From: Octopus bimaculoides
Taxonomy: Eukaryota
Assembly: GCF_001194135.2 (NCBI RefSeq)
Contig: NC_068990.1
Span: 18,798,244 to 18,862,243 of the forward strand
Length of the DNA stretch: 64,000 nt
Direction of reading: 5' to 3'
Position 1 is the stretch's first letter. The number at the start of each line of letters is the position of its first letter. Both the position numbers and the translations under genes were made by a program. The notes beneath the pieces are model-generated. The model was not told where the DNA came from. It saw nothing but the letters and a program-made list of their open reading frames with translations, and did not search any database. Shown here piece after piece: positions 1 through 13,892 of the stretch.

Positions 1-714
1 ATAAGAAATCAGGTTCAAGCTCAACCTGGAGATAATATCATATCGATTTCCGATTACCAGAATGTTACATGAAATGGGGTTAGCTTGATGTTGTTATACC
101 CGTGTCGATATAATTGATAATATCACTGTCATCCACTTGGAAAATCGTAGCATGGTGCCTATGTTAAGAATCAATATATTCAACTCTCTGTCTATCTGTC
201 TCTCTCTCTTTACATACATACATTTATTTATATATATATGTACATGTACATATGGGTATATATATATATATATATATATATATTAAGGTTTAGTTTTATG
301 TTCAATTATAATAAAAACAGTTTTACATTAATCTGATGTGTTACTACATACTCTTTTAGAAAATAATATATATGTGCGTGTATGTATGTATGTATGTATG
401 TATGTAAGAATGTATGTATGTATGTGTGTATGAATGTATGTATGCATATGTGCTGGTGTGTGTGTATGCGTATGTATAGATTGTTTGAAGTGGTGTACAG
501 CTGCTATATATTAAGAAAAAGAAAGGGGCCAGGATTTGGATAACAATTTATTCAGTGCTTTCATCCCTTCCAGAGATTCATCCGGAGTAGTTTGTTTTGT
601 TTTTTTTTTTGTTTGAATTCATGATGAATCCGTGAAAAGGATGACAGCAATAAATAAATTGCTTTTTTTTTCATCGCAATCCTCATCACTTTCTTTTTCT
701 TAATATAGATATAT

Positions 715-1020
715 AAATGATGGACTATTTCGTCGAAGGCAACGTATGTGTGTTCAGCTTTTGCCGACCGAGCTGCACGAATGTTTTTTGTTTATAGTGA
801 TCAAATGCATATGTTGGACATTAGCTCACTCCCTCCATCAAATCGACGTTGCCTGAATAGGTGAGCTGTGCTCCACGTGTCAGATGTCAGAGTGATCACC
901 GAGCAACATGAGATGAAGTGATTTTCTCAAGGACACAACCCACCACCCGGTCTAGGAATTAAAAGCACGATCTCGCGACCGAGGGTGAAACACCCTAGCC
1001 ACTAGGCTATGTGACTCCAC
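715..1020 (-). mobile_element. tRNA-headed SINE, family D
   Basis: Minus strand begins GTGGAGTCACATAGCCTAGTGGCTAGGGTG (A-box-like), then a degenerate B-box (TTTTAATTCC) and GTTGTGTCCTTGAGAAAATCACTT. The head aligns by eye to 4090-4200. Confidence 0.65.
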
Positions 1021-1741
1021 ATCCCCCCCCCCACACATACGTACAGTACATGAATATATCCATACACACACACATGAATATATATATATATATATATATA
1101 TANNNNNNNNNNNNNNNNNNNNNNNNNNNNNNNNNNNNNNNNNNNNNNNNNNNNNNNNNNNNNNNNNNNNNNNNNNNNNNNNNNNNNNNNNNNNNNNNNN
1201 NNNNNNNNNNNNNNNNNNNNNNNNNNNNNNNNNNNNNNNNNNNNNNNNNNNNNNNNNNNNNNNNNNNNNNNNNNNNNNNNNNNNNNNNNNNNNNNNNNNN
1301 NNNNNNNNNNNNNNNNNNNNNNNNNNNNNNNNNNNNNNNNNNNNNNNNNNNNNNNNNNNNNNNNNNNNNNNNNNNNNNNNNNNNNNNNNNNNNNNNNNNN
1401 NNNNNNNNNNNNNNNNNNNNNNNNNNNNNNNNNNNNNNNNNNNNNNNNNNNNNNNNNNNNNNNNNNNNNNNNNNNNNNNNNNNNNNNNNNNNNNNNNNNN
1501 NNNNNNNNNNNNNNNNNNNNNNNNNNNNNNNNNNNNNNNNNNNNNNNNNNNNNNNNNNNNNNNNNNNNNNNNNNNNNNNNNNNNNNNNNNNNNNNNNNNN
1601 NNNNNNNNNNNNNNNNNNNNNNNNNNNNNNNNNNNNNNNNNNNNNNNNNNNNNNNNNNNNNNNNNNNNNNNNNNNNNNNNNNNNNNNNNNNNNNNNNNNN
1701 NNNNNNNNNNNNNNNNNNNNNNNNNNNNNNNNNNNNNNNNN

Positions 1742-1813
<72 letters not shown>

Positions 1814-2984
1814 CCTCTAAGCCGCTATCCTTTATTGATAGGTAATAGAGTGAAAAGATGAAAATAAAAATATGGAAACCACCTGTAATGTTTTTGCGAC
1901 AAAGATTCTCACTGAATTACAGTACCATCTTCTAACAGGTAATTATCACCGTACATACTACAGTAATACTTAAAAAATAAGGTAACGAGGCATTCACCTA
2001 GCAAGACCTGGTTCAAATCGCAGCAGGATCTTTGGTAAAGTTGACTCTATTTCTAAGTGAATGTTTGCAAAATAAACATGCTGTTTCATGTAATTTTTTT
2101 ATTTTTATAACGTAAATATGTATCACGTATTTATTTTATATTAATGGGAATGAGTAACGCAATAGCCGCCGCAGCAGGATAACAATTTTCCCCGTCATTC
2201 TGTTTTTAGCACAAACTTCATCTATATTTCGATTTTGCATTTGGCACATGAGCGAATACGTGTAGGCAGGGAATAGTGTATAAACTCCAAGCCAGCCCAT
2301 TAATGGTACAAATATACTTGTTGTGATTGTTTTTTTAGGCCCAGGTAAGCTACGGTTGGACATACTTAGCAGAAATATATTGTAAGCATTGAATATCTTA
2401 TATTTATTTAGCATAGCTCTTCTCCTCCCGTTTTTAGAAGGCAATCTAGTGGTTTAAATATAAGTATATACGTGTAATATAAATGTGTGTGTGTGTGCAT
2501 GCGTGCGTGCGTGTGCGTGTGTGTGTCTGTATGTGAGTATTCGGTCACTGTTTTTTTAAAAATTAATTTGGGTAATACGTAGAAAACATCACATTCATTT
2601 GTACCTAATTTATGGACTCCAGAGATTTGATGTAGACGGTAAATTCATCTTTGGTAGTATTTTAACTCAAACAGAAAGAACCAAAGCTAATTACGATTGA
2701 GGGATCTTATTCGCGCTCACTCACTTCTGCAATTTAGCCACTTTGGAATAATAAAGGCTTTACGAGACAATTAATGCCACTTGACTTTGGCTGAAGGAAG
2801 CTAATGAGTCATTCAGCTATTGATGTTTTTCATATACTAGATGTTTTTTTTAATCCCCAATCCATTTTGGATTGAAGATAATTTCGTCGCCATTCTGTAA
2901 TATATATCACTACTGCATGATTAAAAACAGACCTTACATGGGACAAAAACTATATAAAAAAAGATTATCCACTAGACCAATAGA

Positions 2985-3112
2985 TTTGTTTTGAGGGGAG
3001 AGAGCTTAATCGATACCATCAATTCGTAACAGATATTTTATTTATTGACCGTCAAGGATGAAAGACAAAATATTTAGAATCTTGGAATTGAACCCAGGTC
3101 CTACAGGATTAC
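2985..3112 (-). mobile_element. degenerate family A SINE fragment
   Basis: TTTATTGACCGTCAAGGATGAAAGACAAAA...GGAATTGAACCCAG resembles the family A core TTTATCGACCCCGAAGGGATGAAAGGCAAAG seen at 59.6 kb. Confidence 0.5.
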
Positions 3113-4089
3113 AAGTGGTACAGTAACGTATGTTTTCCAATATTCTATAGATTTTGTAATTCGACTCGTTAATGCTGTCGTTTTGCACATCATCCGTTGA
3201 TGTCTACTGCAAAAATTTTCAAGAAATAACAAAAGGTGTGTTACGTCATAAAGCAAATACGTCATTATAACTATATAATCTCACCATATCTTGAGTAAGT
3301 GACTGAAATTTGCATCGACAAAATTTTTACAGTAATAGCTTAAAAGCCGCTCTCCGTGTGGATTTTATGCTAGCTCCTGTGGAGGGCTAATCAGGCCTGT
3401 GACCCCAAACTAAAAGGGGCTAAATAACTCGACTGTAGTACATCTATAATGACTATATACACCAGTGGTGTTTGATCATAGGTTAAGGTAGGAGAATAAT
3501 TAATTCTATAATGCAATCATTCTATTGTTTCAGTCCCAAGTTGAATTCCGACTGTTGGCCATTTGCCCCAAAATTCTTAGCTCGATGTAAAATTAACGAA
3601 GCGAAAGTCATACATCTCTCGCTTTATCTCTGACGTTATCTGACAAACGCCGACCAGGATGGCGTGAATCAGTCAAGCTTTACTTGCTAGAAATAGCAAC
3701 CCAAATGCTTTTAAATCAGATCCCAATATTGCATGTTCAAGAACTAAATGTAGGGCAGATTTTCAATCCCAGGATCATCCTGATTCCAAAAAAGTATTAT
3801 ATGTCTCCGTAGACCAAATGTCGACTGAAATACAACGATTCTGCACAGACAGAATTTCGCGTATATTAATATAGATATTGAAAGTATATAGAAGAATCAA
3901 CTGGGTTAGGATTAGCTGTTGCAACGCTTTTGTATTGGGTAAGAAGGAAAATCTACATTTTGCTTATTTACAACGTAAAATAAAATTTTTTATTAGGAAT
4001 ATATTTGGATATAGAAAAGTAGAGAAAAGAATCAGTAGTTGTAAGGAAGAGGGGCATATTCCATGAAACCTATGAAAACGAATTACTCG

Positions 4090-4447
4090 TTACGGCACGT
4101 GGCTTTGGCGATTAGGGTGTTGCACTCAACACCATAAGATGTTGGTTTCGATTCTCGGTCCGATCGGTGCCTTGCCTTCTCGAGAGAAAGACTGCATTTC
4201 ACGTCGCTTCGGTCAACTCAACTGTAAATTAGTTCCAGCAATAGCATATGTGTTTGTGTCCCATTCTGTACCGCTTTAGAATTGGTGTTTGTGTAAGTCT
4301 ACGTAACTTAGCTGTTCGGCAAAATGAAATGATAGAACAATCAGCAGGTATAAATGAACTACTGGGTTGAATTGTTTGAGTAAATCGTCGAGCTGGTGCT
4401 CCAGCATTGTCGCAATCCATTCCCTGAAACAAATAAAAGAATAAAAG
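4090..4447 (+). mobile_element. SINE with family D head and family B tail
   Basis: Head TAGGGTGTTGCACTC...GGTTTCGATTCTC; 3' part GTAACTTAGCTGTTCGGCAAAA...GGTGCTCCAGCAT...CTGAAACAAATAAAAGAATAAAAG matches the family B tail. Confidence 0.65.
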
Positions 4448-5455
4448 AGCAATGTCTCTATCTCTAAAATGTACTTGCTAGCTTTCTTAAGTGACTTAGA
4501 TTTTAAAAAATTGCACATTCAAAAGACTGATGTCGCACCCTTGAAGTGTTTTCTTCATATTCTGGGCAAAAATAGCGTTTTACTTACTAAAGTTAAATTA
4601 ACTCCACACAGTAGCCTATACGTGGTTTTGCCTGCTAAAAATAATAGCAAAACCTTCTCCAAAACTGAATCCATAGTTCTAAAATAGGTAGTTATAGTGA
4701 GACAAACTCTGACATTAAGATGAATGATCACAGATTTTATGTCTGTGATCAAAAGTCTGTTCGATGATGATAGGCCTAAAGCTATAGAGCAACAACAACA
4801 GGTATAATTTAACAAGTGTGCTGATGGAAATAGTCAGACGTTATTAAAGCATTTTCATTTAAACACAATTACTCTGATAATACCTTAGAAATAATACGTC
4901 GAAATTAGGAAATCGCTATGAAGTTTCCTACAGTTACGGAAGCACATATCACATAATGACGGCCTATAAAATAATGGATTCTACATTCCTGAAAGCAAAA
5001 CAAAGCTCTCTTTTCGCAGGGAATAAATCAAATCAGCTCTTTTGATGATAATCAGTTAGGTAGAGACATCAAAAGTATACGTAACGTGAAGCAGGTTCGA
5101 CCAGATATTGTACAACACGTCGTTATCTAGGTTATCTATCAGCTTGCATTTTTGCTTTATGGCATATAGAAAAGAGTTTAACACTCGGTACCATCGATGT
5201 TATTGATCTTTCTCCTCTTGACTGAACCATACAAGTGTTTTGTCTGCTTTGCCAATCGTTTAACTCATGTGACATATGTCTATCAGTATTGATATTTATT
5301 CTGAATATGTTTAGTAATTTTAGCAGACACGGAATTGAATTATTATGCGGATGTGTTTTTGTGTGTTTACGTCTCTGTATGAGTATCTGTGCATTTATGA
5401 ATATATATATTATGCATACAAATGCAGAACTATTTACTAATAGAAACATATAAAT

Positions 5456-5523
<68 letters not shown>

Positions 5524-5740
5524 TCACTCGCACATCCATATGTGCGTATTTGTGTGAGTGAGTTTGTGTGTGCTTATGGGTGTCTGTATACATATGTGTG
5601 TATTTTTATCTTAAATTTAATATTTATGAAAACATGAACTCTAACATAAATAGTGCAAATATACATACACATGAAAAGCTACAAAAAATTTTCTTAGTTG
5701 ACTGCATATATCAATGGCAGACTTGAACGGATGAGGCCTT

Positions 5741-5763
5741 TTGTATTATTATCATTATCATCA

Positions 5764-5854
<91 letters not shown>

Positions 5855-5955
5855 TCTTGTAGTAGTAGTAGTGTCATTAGTCTTATTTTCATCACCAGCA
5901 CCACTAATATTCTTGCTGCTGCTATTGCCGTTGCCTCTGCTGCTGCTGCTCTTTG
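5741..5955. repeat. compound trinucleotide microsatellite (ATC/ATT/AGT/GCT)
   Basis: Direct reading. Confidence 0.9.
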
Positions 5956-6343
5956 GAGGTGTCTGAATATTATCACTCCACTAGCTCACTCGATATAACG
6001 AAGTGTGAGATAGAGTTATTTCTCTACACCAATTTCCTCTTTCGGCTAAGGAACAAAGATATTGCCTAATTAAAACAGCATTTTTAATGTAAAAATCAAA
6101 CCAGGCAACTCTAATCATCACCCTCTTAAATGATTAATTTCACTTTTAACTATTCATTTACAAGACCATAAACGTGTTTATCGCTTCCTCAAGACAGCTT
6201 TTGAAATTGTCTCATAATATTCTTGGAATTATTTTACAATTTTTTGATATGTTCTTTTCTTCAATATTGTTTCTTTTTCATCTTTTTACAATCTGCTAAA
6301 AGATTGATTTACTTTAATGCGTTATATTTATTTATTTATTCAT

Positions 6344-6374
<31 letters not shown>

Positions 6375-8723
6375 TTATCGAATATTGTTTTCTAACCGCG
6401 GCTTGTTTTATTAACTTTACGCAACACAGACCGGAATTCCGGTGTGTATCATTTTTGTTTTGCTTTTTTTCTTCCCAAACAAAATGATAATAATGATTTT
6501 TCATACAGGCGCCATGTTTTAAAATATTTAGACGCAGATGGGGAAGCGTTGCTCAATCGATTTAAACGACCCTGTTATTAGACTGGTATTTATTTCACCG
6601 ACCCAAGAAGGGGGAAACGGAAATTTGTCTTCANNNNNNNNNNNNNNNNNNNNNNNNNNNNNNNNNNNNNNNNNNNNNNNNNNNNNNNNNNNNNNNNNNN
6701 NNNNNNNNNNNNNNNNNNNNNNNNNNNNNNNNNNNNNNNNNNNNNNNNNNNNNNNNNNNNNNNNNNNNNNNNNNNNNNNNNNNNNNNNNNNNNNNNNNNN
6801 NNNNNNNNNNNNNNNNNNNNNNNNNNNNNNNNNNNNNNNNNNNNNNNNNNNNNNNNNNNNNNNNNNNNNNNNNNNNNNNNNNNNNNNNNNNNNNNNNNNN
6901 NNNNNNNNNNNNNNNNNNNNNNNNNNNNNNNNNNNNNNNNNNNNNNNNNNNNNNNNNNNNNNNNNNNNNNNNNNNNNNNNNNNNNNNNNNNNNNNNNNNN
7001 NNNNNNNNNNNNNNNNNNNNNNNNNNNNNNNNNNNNNNNNNNNNNNNNNNNNNNNNNNNNNNNNNNNNNNNNNNNNNNNNNNNNNNNNNNNNNNNNNNNN
7101 NNNNNNNNNNNNNNNNNNNNNNNNNNNNNNNNNNNNNNNNNNNNNNNNNNNNNNNNNNNNNNNNNNNNNNNNNNNNNNNNNNNNNNNNNNNNNNNNNNNN
7201 NNNNNNNNNNNNNNNNNNNNNNNNNNNNNNNNNNNNNNNNNNNNNNNNNNNNNNNNNNNNNNNNNNNNNNNNNNNNNNNNNNNNNNNNNNNNNNNNNNNN
7301 NNNNNNNNNNNNNNNNNNNNNNNNNNNNNNNNNNNNNNNNNNNNNNNNNNNNNNNNNNNNNNNNNNNNNNNNNNNNNNNNNNNNNNNNNNNNNNNNNNNN
7401 NNNNNNNNNNNNNNNNNNNNNNNNNNNNNNNNNNNNNNNNNNNNNNNNNNNNNNNNNNNNNNNNNNNNNNNNNNNNNNNNNNNNNNNNNNNNNNNNNNNN
7501 NNNNNNNNNNNNNNNNNNNNNNNNNNNNNNNNNNNNNNNNNNNNNNNNNNNNNNNNNNNNNNNNNNNNNNNNNNNNNNNNNNNNNNNNNNNNNNNNNNNN
7601 NNNNNNNNNNNNNNNNNNNNNNNNNNNNNNNNTATATATATATATATGTACGTGTATGTCCATTTGTGTCTGTTTTTCAACCTCCACCGTTTGATAGCAA
7701 GTGTTGCTTCATTTATGTCCGGTAACTGAGCGGTTCCGTAGAGAATTTAACACATTATGTACCAGATCAAAAATAAATAAATAGATAAGTCTTCTAATGG
7801 ATTTGTTGGAACAATGCTGTGTGCCATTTAAGTTGCAATCCTATGACAGAAGAATAAAGAAACCAACGTGAAAGAGTGATTTTAAAGTAATATTTTATAG
7901 GGATGACATGGTGATTATTCTTGGTTGGTACATTTACTTACAGTTGGGACGAAGATAAACTTAATTCTCGTTATATTTCAATTGGCTTCGTTGCACGCGA
8001 TGAGAAGTACACACACGCATACAAACACACATACACGGAGAGAGCGAAAGAATCGTAAAATCAAAGGAGTAATGGGAGTAGTGGTAGTTGTAAGAGAGAG
8101 TAAATGACGAAATATTCATGGGAGGAGTTTTAGAAATGAGAAATTAGAAATTGCCCTCCGTAGACAAAATAGAGCAACAAATTATATAGTCGCGTTTGAA
8201 TTTGACAGAACATAATAATGAATATATATAACGTCAGTTTGTTTTATTCGACTTTATTTTAAAGTAATACTTTCTGTTTCCGAAAATAAGTTTTCCTTTT
8301 ATTCTTTTGTATATGTGCCAAAAAAAAAAAAAGGTGTAAGTTGAATTATAATCATTGTATGCATACCATAATGTCTGATACTACCCATGGTGGTAAAAGT
8401 TTACTTTGAAAGTTACTCGCCATAAGACGGTTAATCTTCAAGTCTGCAAATAAATGCTACAACGCATTTTCTCAAGTGCCAGTCTTCTATTACCATTCAC
8501 AGTGCATAATATAGTATTAATATTAGCAATCACATCTTGCATAAACCTACAGCAATGTCTGTATAATCGAAAGGAAAAAGAAATAGAGAAGTTATAAAGT
8601 TCATACTTTGTTTTCAGAAGCATTAATGCAATGAGCGAAGTGACTGTTCCAACTGGATATCAAAATCGTCTTGCTCTGCCGATGCTGCCACTACACATAA
8701 CAATATAACGCTTACTCTGTTAG

Positions 8724-8819
8724 AGGCACGCCAGTCGACCGTCAATAGAAATGGAACACAATCAATAATATTCAAGGAGAGTTATTGCTGGTCGATGAAC
8801 GTGAATATCTTTGACCTGA
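8724..8819 (+). CDS. candidate 96-nt phase-symmetric exon, unknown protein
   Basis: ctgttAG acceptor, GTGAGT donor, one open frame (ARQSTVNRNGTQSIIFKESYCWSMNVNIFDL). Confidence 0.2.
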
Positions 8820-9070
8820 GTGAGTTATTTACTTAGAAACATGCCATGCATCTTTAGTTCTCCACACCACCGCATCTCTCCTTCGCTACATCATCAATAG
8901 CAACATAAATTCGATGCTGATATTTTGAACACTGTGAATAGGCCATCGTTATAGTGAAGGAGATGCACGGAAGGGCGGGAATGTATATCTTAGTGCATTT
9001 GACCGTTTTGAAAATTCTATAATATCAAACAAATTGATGATTATTTAAATACAAAGTTATTGATAAATAA

Positions 9071-9124
<54 letters not shown>

Positions 9125-10041
9125 GCATATATGTACATATATTTATGAAATACATGAAACACACATATATATGAAGCACATGAAACACACATATATATGA
9201 AGCACATACACACACACACACAAATATATATATTAAACACAAACGCACACATATATATATATATGAAAAACATACAAATATGTACATATACAGATATATT
9301 TTTTCACGAGAGTGCATGTATCCATATGCACAAACATATATGATCAAGTATAAATTTTGTGGATGAAACATAACCGAAATCCAAAGAAACTTTCTTTGAA
9401 ATAAGGCGGCTTTTTGTTCAGTCTCAACGCGTGACGCAATGAGTACGTTTTTTTCTACATATAGGCTTACCTAGACTCAGACCATTTCACGGATTTTAGG
9501 CAGATGTAGATAGTAGAAGAGCATAACATCTTGAAAATTGGTTTTAGTTTAGCCTAATTTGACGCTAATTAATGTCTGTCTAGTTTTAGGTCACGTCCAC
9601 CTTATCAGATGGTTTGATGAGATGAGCGTGACCTACGCTCACGAAATTTTGAGAACGACCTGACTCAAACCGTCAGTATGTGTGTGTATATATATATGTA
9701 TATGTATACAGACAGACAAACATGCATACATTATACATCTTCGCTCTCCCTCACAGGTACATCTATCGCTATATACTGACATTTCCATGTACATGCAGGT
9801 TGTTTGTCTGTGTGGATATATATGTATATATTAGTATATATTATGGTGGTGCTCCAGCATGGCCGCAGTCAAATGACTGAAACAAATGAAAGAATAAAAG
9901 ATTGAAAGAATACCTATACATGTATGCACTTATATATATTTATTGACACAAGTATAGATATCTACACACACGCATGAATGACTAAATATATCTGGTTCTA
10001 AGTGTTTTCCACATTACTTTATAGTATTATATTTATAACGA

Positions 10042-10406
10042 GGCGGAGGCGCAATGTTCCACTTGTTAGGGCAGCGGACTCCCGGTTTCCATTCCCAGAC
10101 CGGTCGTTGTGAGTGTTTATTGAGCAAAACCACATAAAACTCCACGAGGCTCCGCAGGGGGGGGGGGGTGAACACTGCTGTACTTTTTACTCACAACTTT
10201 CACTTTTTCTTCCTATTTCTGTTGTACCTGTATTTCAAAGGGCCCGCCTTGTCACACTCAGTGTCACGCTGAATCTCCCCGAGAACTACGTTAAGGGTAC
10301 ACGTGTCTGTGGAGTGCTCAGCCACTTGCACGTTAATTTCACGAGCAGGCTTTCCGTTGATCGGATCAACTGAGACCCTCGTCGTCGTAAGCGACGGAAT
10401 GCCACG
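10042..10406 (+). mobile_element. full-length tRNA-headed SINE, family C, with target-site duplication
   Basis: GGCGGAGGCGCAATG head, B-box-like GGTTTCCATTCCC and a GC-rich body. It is flanked by identical TATAACGAGGC at 10034-10044 and 10407-10417. Confidence 0.8.
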
Positions 10407-11046
10407 TATAACGAGGCATAACTAAAAATCGCCATAAACGTCTCTTCGTGCCCCAGCTGTCTCCGTTAACCCCCTTTGTCTCGTTAACACTCTACTAAAT
10501 GAATTTATGCTAAAACTCCTATTTTATGTCCTAATACATTTGTAAAAATATCGGCGTTCTTCCAGATCTGTCTCCATCCATAACTTCCTGCTGTACCCAA
10601 CTACCTCATCTTCTTTTTCGACGTCGTTACCATCCTGTCCTCCTTTCACCTTCTGCTCCACATCTTGCTCCTCATTGTCATCTTCCTTACTCTTCCTTTT
10701 CTTCCTCCTCCTCTCCTTTTTCCTTATTCTTTGTCCTTCTCCACTTCCACATTTTCTTCTTCTTCATCATTATATCCTACATCCCCTCCTTTCTCCTCGC
10801 GTTGTGATATCTACCTAAATCTGGGTCGCCGCTGTTATGTATACTGTAGTGTCATTGCAGTTAATTCACTACATCCGAAATGACACGCGAACCGTTGCTT
10901 GCTCACCATCTTTCAGTTTCTATTTTAAACCATTTCACTCAAACTAGCTAAATCAGATAATCTTTATGTATAACCTTGAACAAAATTCTTTCTGTTTCTG
11001 ATGATGTTACAAGAATTTAACCTTCTCAACAAATCATAATTTCTTT

Positions 11047-11535
<489 letters not shown>

Positions 11536-11620
11536 AGTACTAATCACATTATTGTAGTTCTTATACAGTCCCAGTATATTACCATTATCAAAATATTTTC
11601 ATTAATTCCTTGAACCTTAC

Positions 11621-11725
11621 TTCAGATACAATGAAATCTGTTATTTCCGTTGTAACTTGAATATCCCGTAGATATTCCATTCCTGCTGTAACAGCTAAAG
11701 GTGGCTGTGACATGTAGGTCATCTT
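11621..11725 (-). CDS. candidate internal exon, unknown protein (KMTYMSQPPLAVTAGMEYLRDIQVTTEITDFIVSE)
   Basis: ttcAG acceptor, 105-nt open frame, GTAAGG donor, protein-like composition. No homology recognised, and it could be chance. Confidence 0.25.
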
Positions 11726-11954
11726 CTGAACATTCATCGTTATTAAATGTTTGTAACTACTAACGCATTTGTCGTGTTGTATACGATGTTTCTTGCAATA
11801 TATCATTTGACACGCGATTTTTTACGTACAGAATATCAGAATATTTAATCAATTGAAAGACTAATCTCGTGCATTTGCTTGCCTTGTATACTCAACCATT
11901 TAATAAGTGTTAAAAAGATATGTATGTATGTATGTATTTATGTATTTATGTATG

Positions 11955-12018
<64 letters not shown>

Positions 12019-13836
12019 CATCTATAAACATGGCTTGGAATTGTTGAATAGTCTAAGATTGTCGTGTTCAAAACAGAATATATATCGGATTCAGACGAAC
12101 AGCGTCGATGCAGTAACCCATGAGAATGATGGACACATTCAGCTTTTCTTGAGGCTTGTCACTGTCACGCTGAACATTGTCATAAATATACTGTCGACTG
12201 TACATTTTGCTTTTAGCACAGCAAGTCTTCGAACACATTCTATCTCAGACAATTCGACAGCCTCATGTATGCTAATGGTTTGTATACGTTTAATAAGACG
12301 CAAGACACACAGATAGCGATTTTAAGTAAATGCTGTTTGTAACTGTGTATACAATATTACACATATGAACATACATACACAAAAATACACACGCACTCGC
12401 ACACACGCATACACACACACACACATACATGTAAAGGCGGTATTTACAAGACATAGAGACTAAAACAGAAAAAAAAAACTTTTCTATACAGTTTGTGTAA
12501 AAGTATATTCTCTCATAAATGATACACACTTCATTGTATCGCTACTTGTTTTTTGCATTTCAGTGTTCACACATTTTGCTGCGATATCTATTATCATACA
12601 AATAATATATATATANNNNNNNNNNNNNNNNNNNNNNNNNNNNNNNNNNNNNNNNNNNNNNNNNNNNNNNNNNNNNNNNNNNNNNNNNNNNNNNNNNNNN
12701 NNNNNNNNNNNNNNNNNNNNNNNNNNNNNNNNNNNNNNNNNNNNNNNNNNNNNNNNNNNNNNNNNNNNNNNNNNNNNNNNNNNNNNNNNNNNNNNNNNNN
12801 NNNNNNNNNNNNNNNNNNNNNNNNNNNNNNNNNNNNNNNNNNNNNNNNNNNNNNNNNNNNNNNNNNNNNNNNNNNNNNNNNNNNNNNNNNNNNNNNNNNN
12901 NNNNNNNNNNNNNNNNNNNNNNNNNNNNNNNNNNNNNNNNNNNNNNNNNNNNNNNNNNNNNNNNNNNNNNNNNNNNNNNNNNNNNNNNNNNNNNNNNNNN
13001 NNNNNNNNNNNNNNNNNNNNNNNNNNNNNNNNNNNNNNNNNNNNNNNNNNNNNNNNNNNNNNNNNNNNNNNNNNNNNNNNNNNNNNNNNNNNNNNNNNNN
13101 NNNNNNNNNNNNNNNNNNNNNNNNNNNNNNNNNNNNNNNNNNNNNNNNNNNNNNNNNNNNNNNNNNNNNNNNNNNNNNNNNNNNNNNNNNNNNNNNNNNN
13201 NNNNNNNNNNNNNNNNNNNNNNNNNNNNNNNNNNNNNNNNNNNNNNNNNNNNNNNNNNNNNNNNNNNNNNNNNNNNNNNNNNNNNNNNNNNNNNNNNNNN
13301 NNNNNNNNNNNNNNNNNNNNNNNNNNNNNNNNNNNNNNNNNNNNNNNNNNNNNNNNNNNNNNNNNNNNNNNNNNNNNNNNNNNNNNNNNNNTATATATAT
13401 ATATATATGTAATCAAATCATGGATATAAATTCCCTTAAAGGGATGCCACCATCCAAGTTTCCCGATTATATCCAGTGTATTAGTAAAAACCCAAAGATG
13501 TTAGCTTCGCATTGATGGTTATGTGTATATTATTGTTTATGTATAAGAAAAATGTGCATATACATATACATAAGTAACGGTTTTTAAATACATTGGATGC
13601 CTAAATGCACATATATAAGTTTACCGAGGATCTATCAACACATTGGAATGTATCTCCTTTTTATCAAATTCTTCCCTTGCCAACATACCCAATTAGCTAT
13701 ATTCAATAGCAAAATTTAATTTAATTTCTCAAATTGGGCATGGAAACAATTGTAGGTGCTATGAGTTTGCTTGGAATTAAATGTGTTCTAATAAATCGAT
13801 ATCTATATATCAAATTCTCCGTTTTTTTCTTCTCAT

Positions 13837-13892
<56 letters not shown>

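Noticed and set aside
2136-2444. 102-aa minus-strand ORF with a hydrophobic stretch, faintly reminiscent of CatSper auxiliary-subunit C-termini
   Set aside because: The resemblance covers only a few residues, splice sites are poor, and an ORF this long is expected by chance a few times in this window.
9153-9204. 26-bp unit repeated twice
   Set aside because: Slippage product inside a CA/TA low-complexity tract.
10590-10800. E/K/D-rich minus-strand reading
   Set aside because: Degenerate polypurine low-complexity tract with stops in the frames examined.
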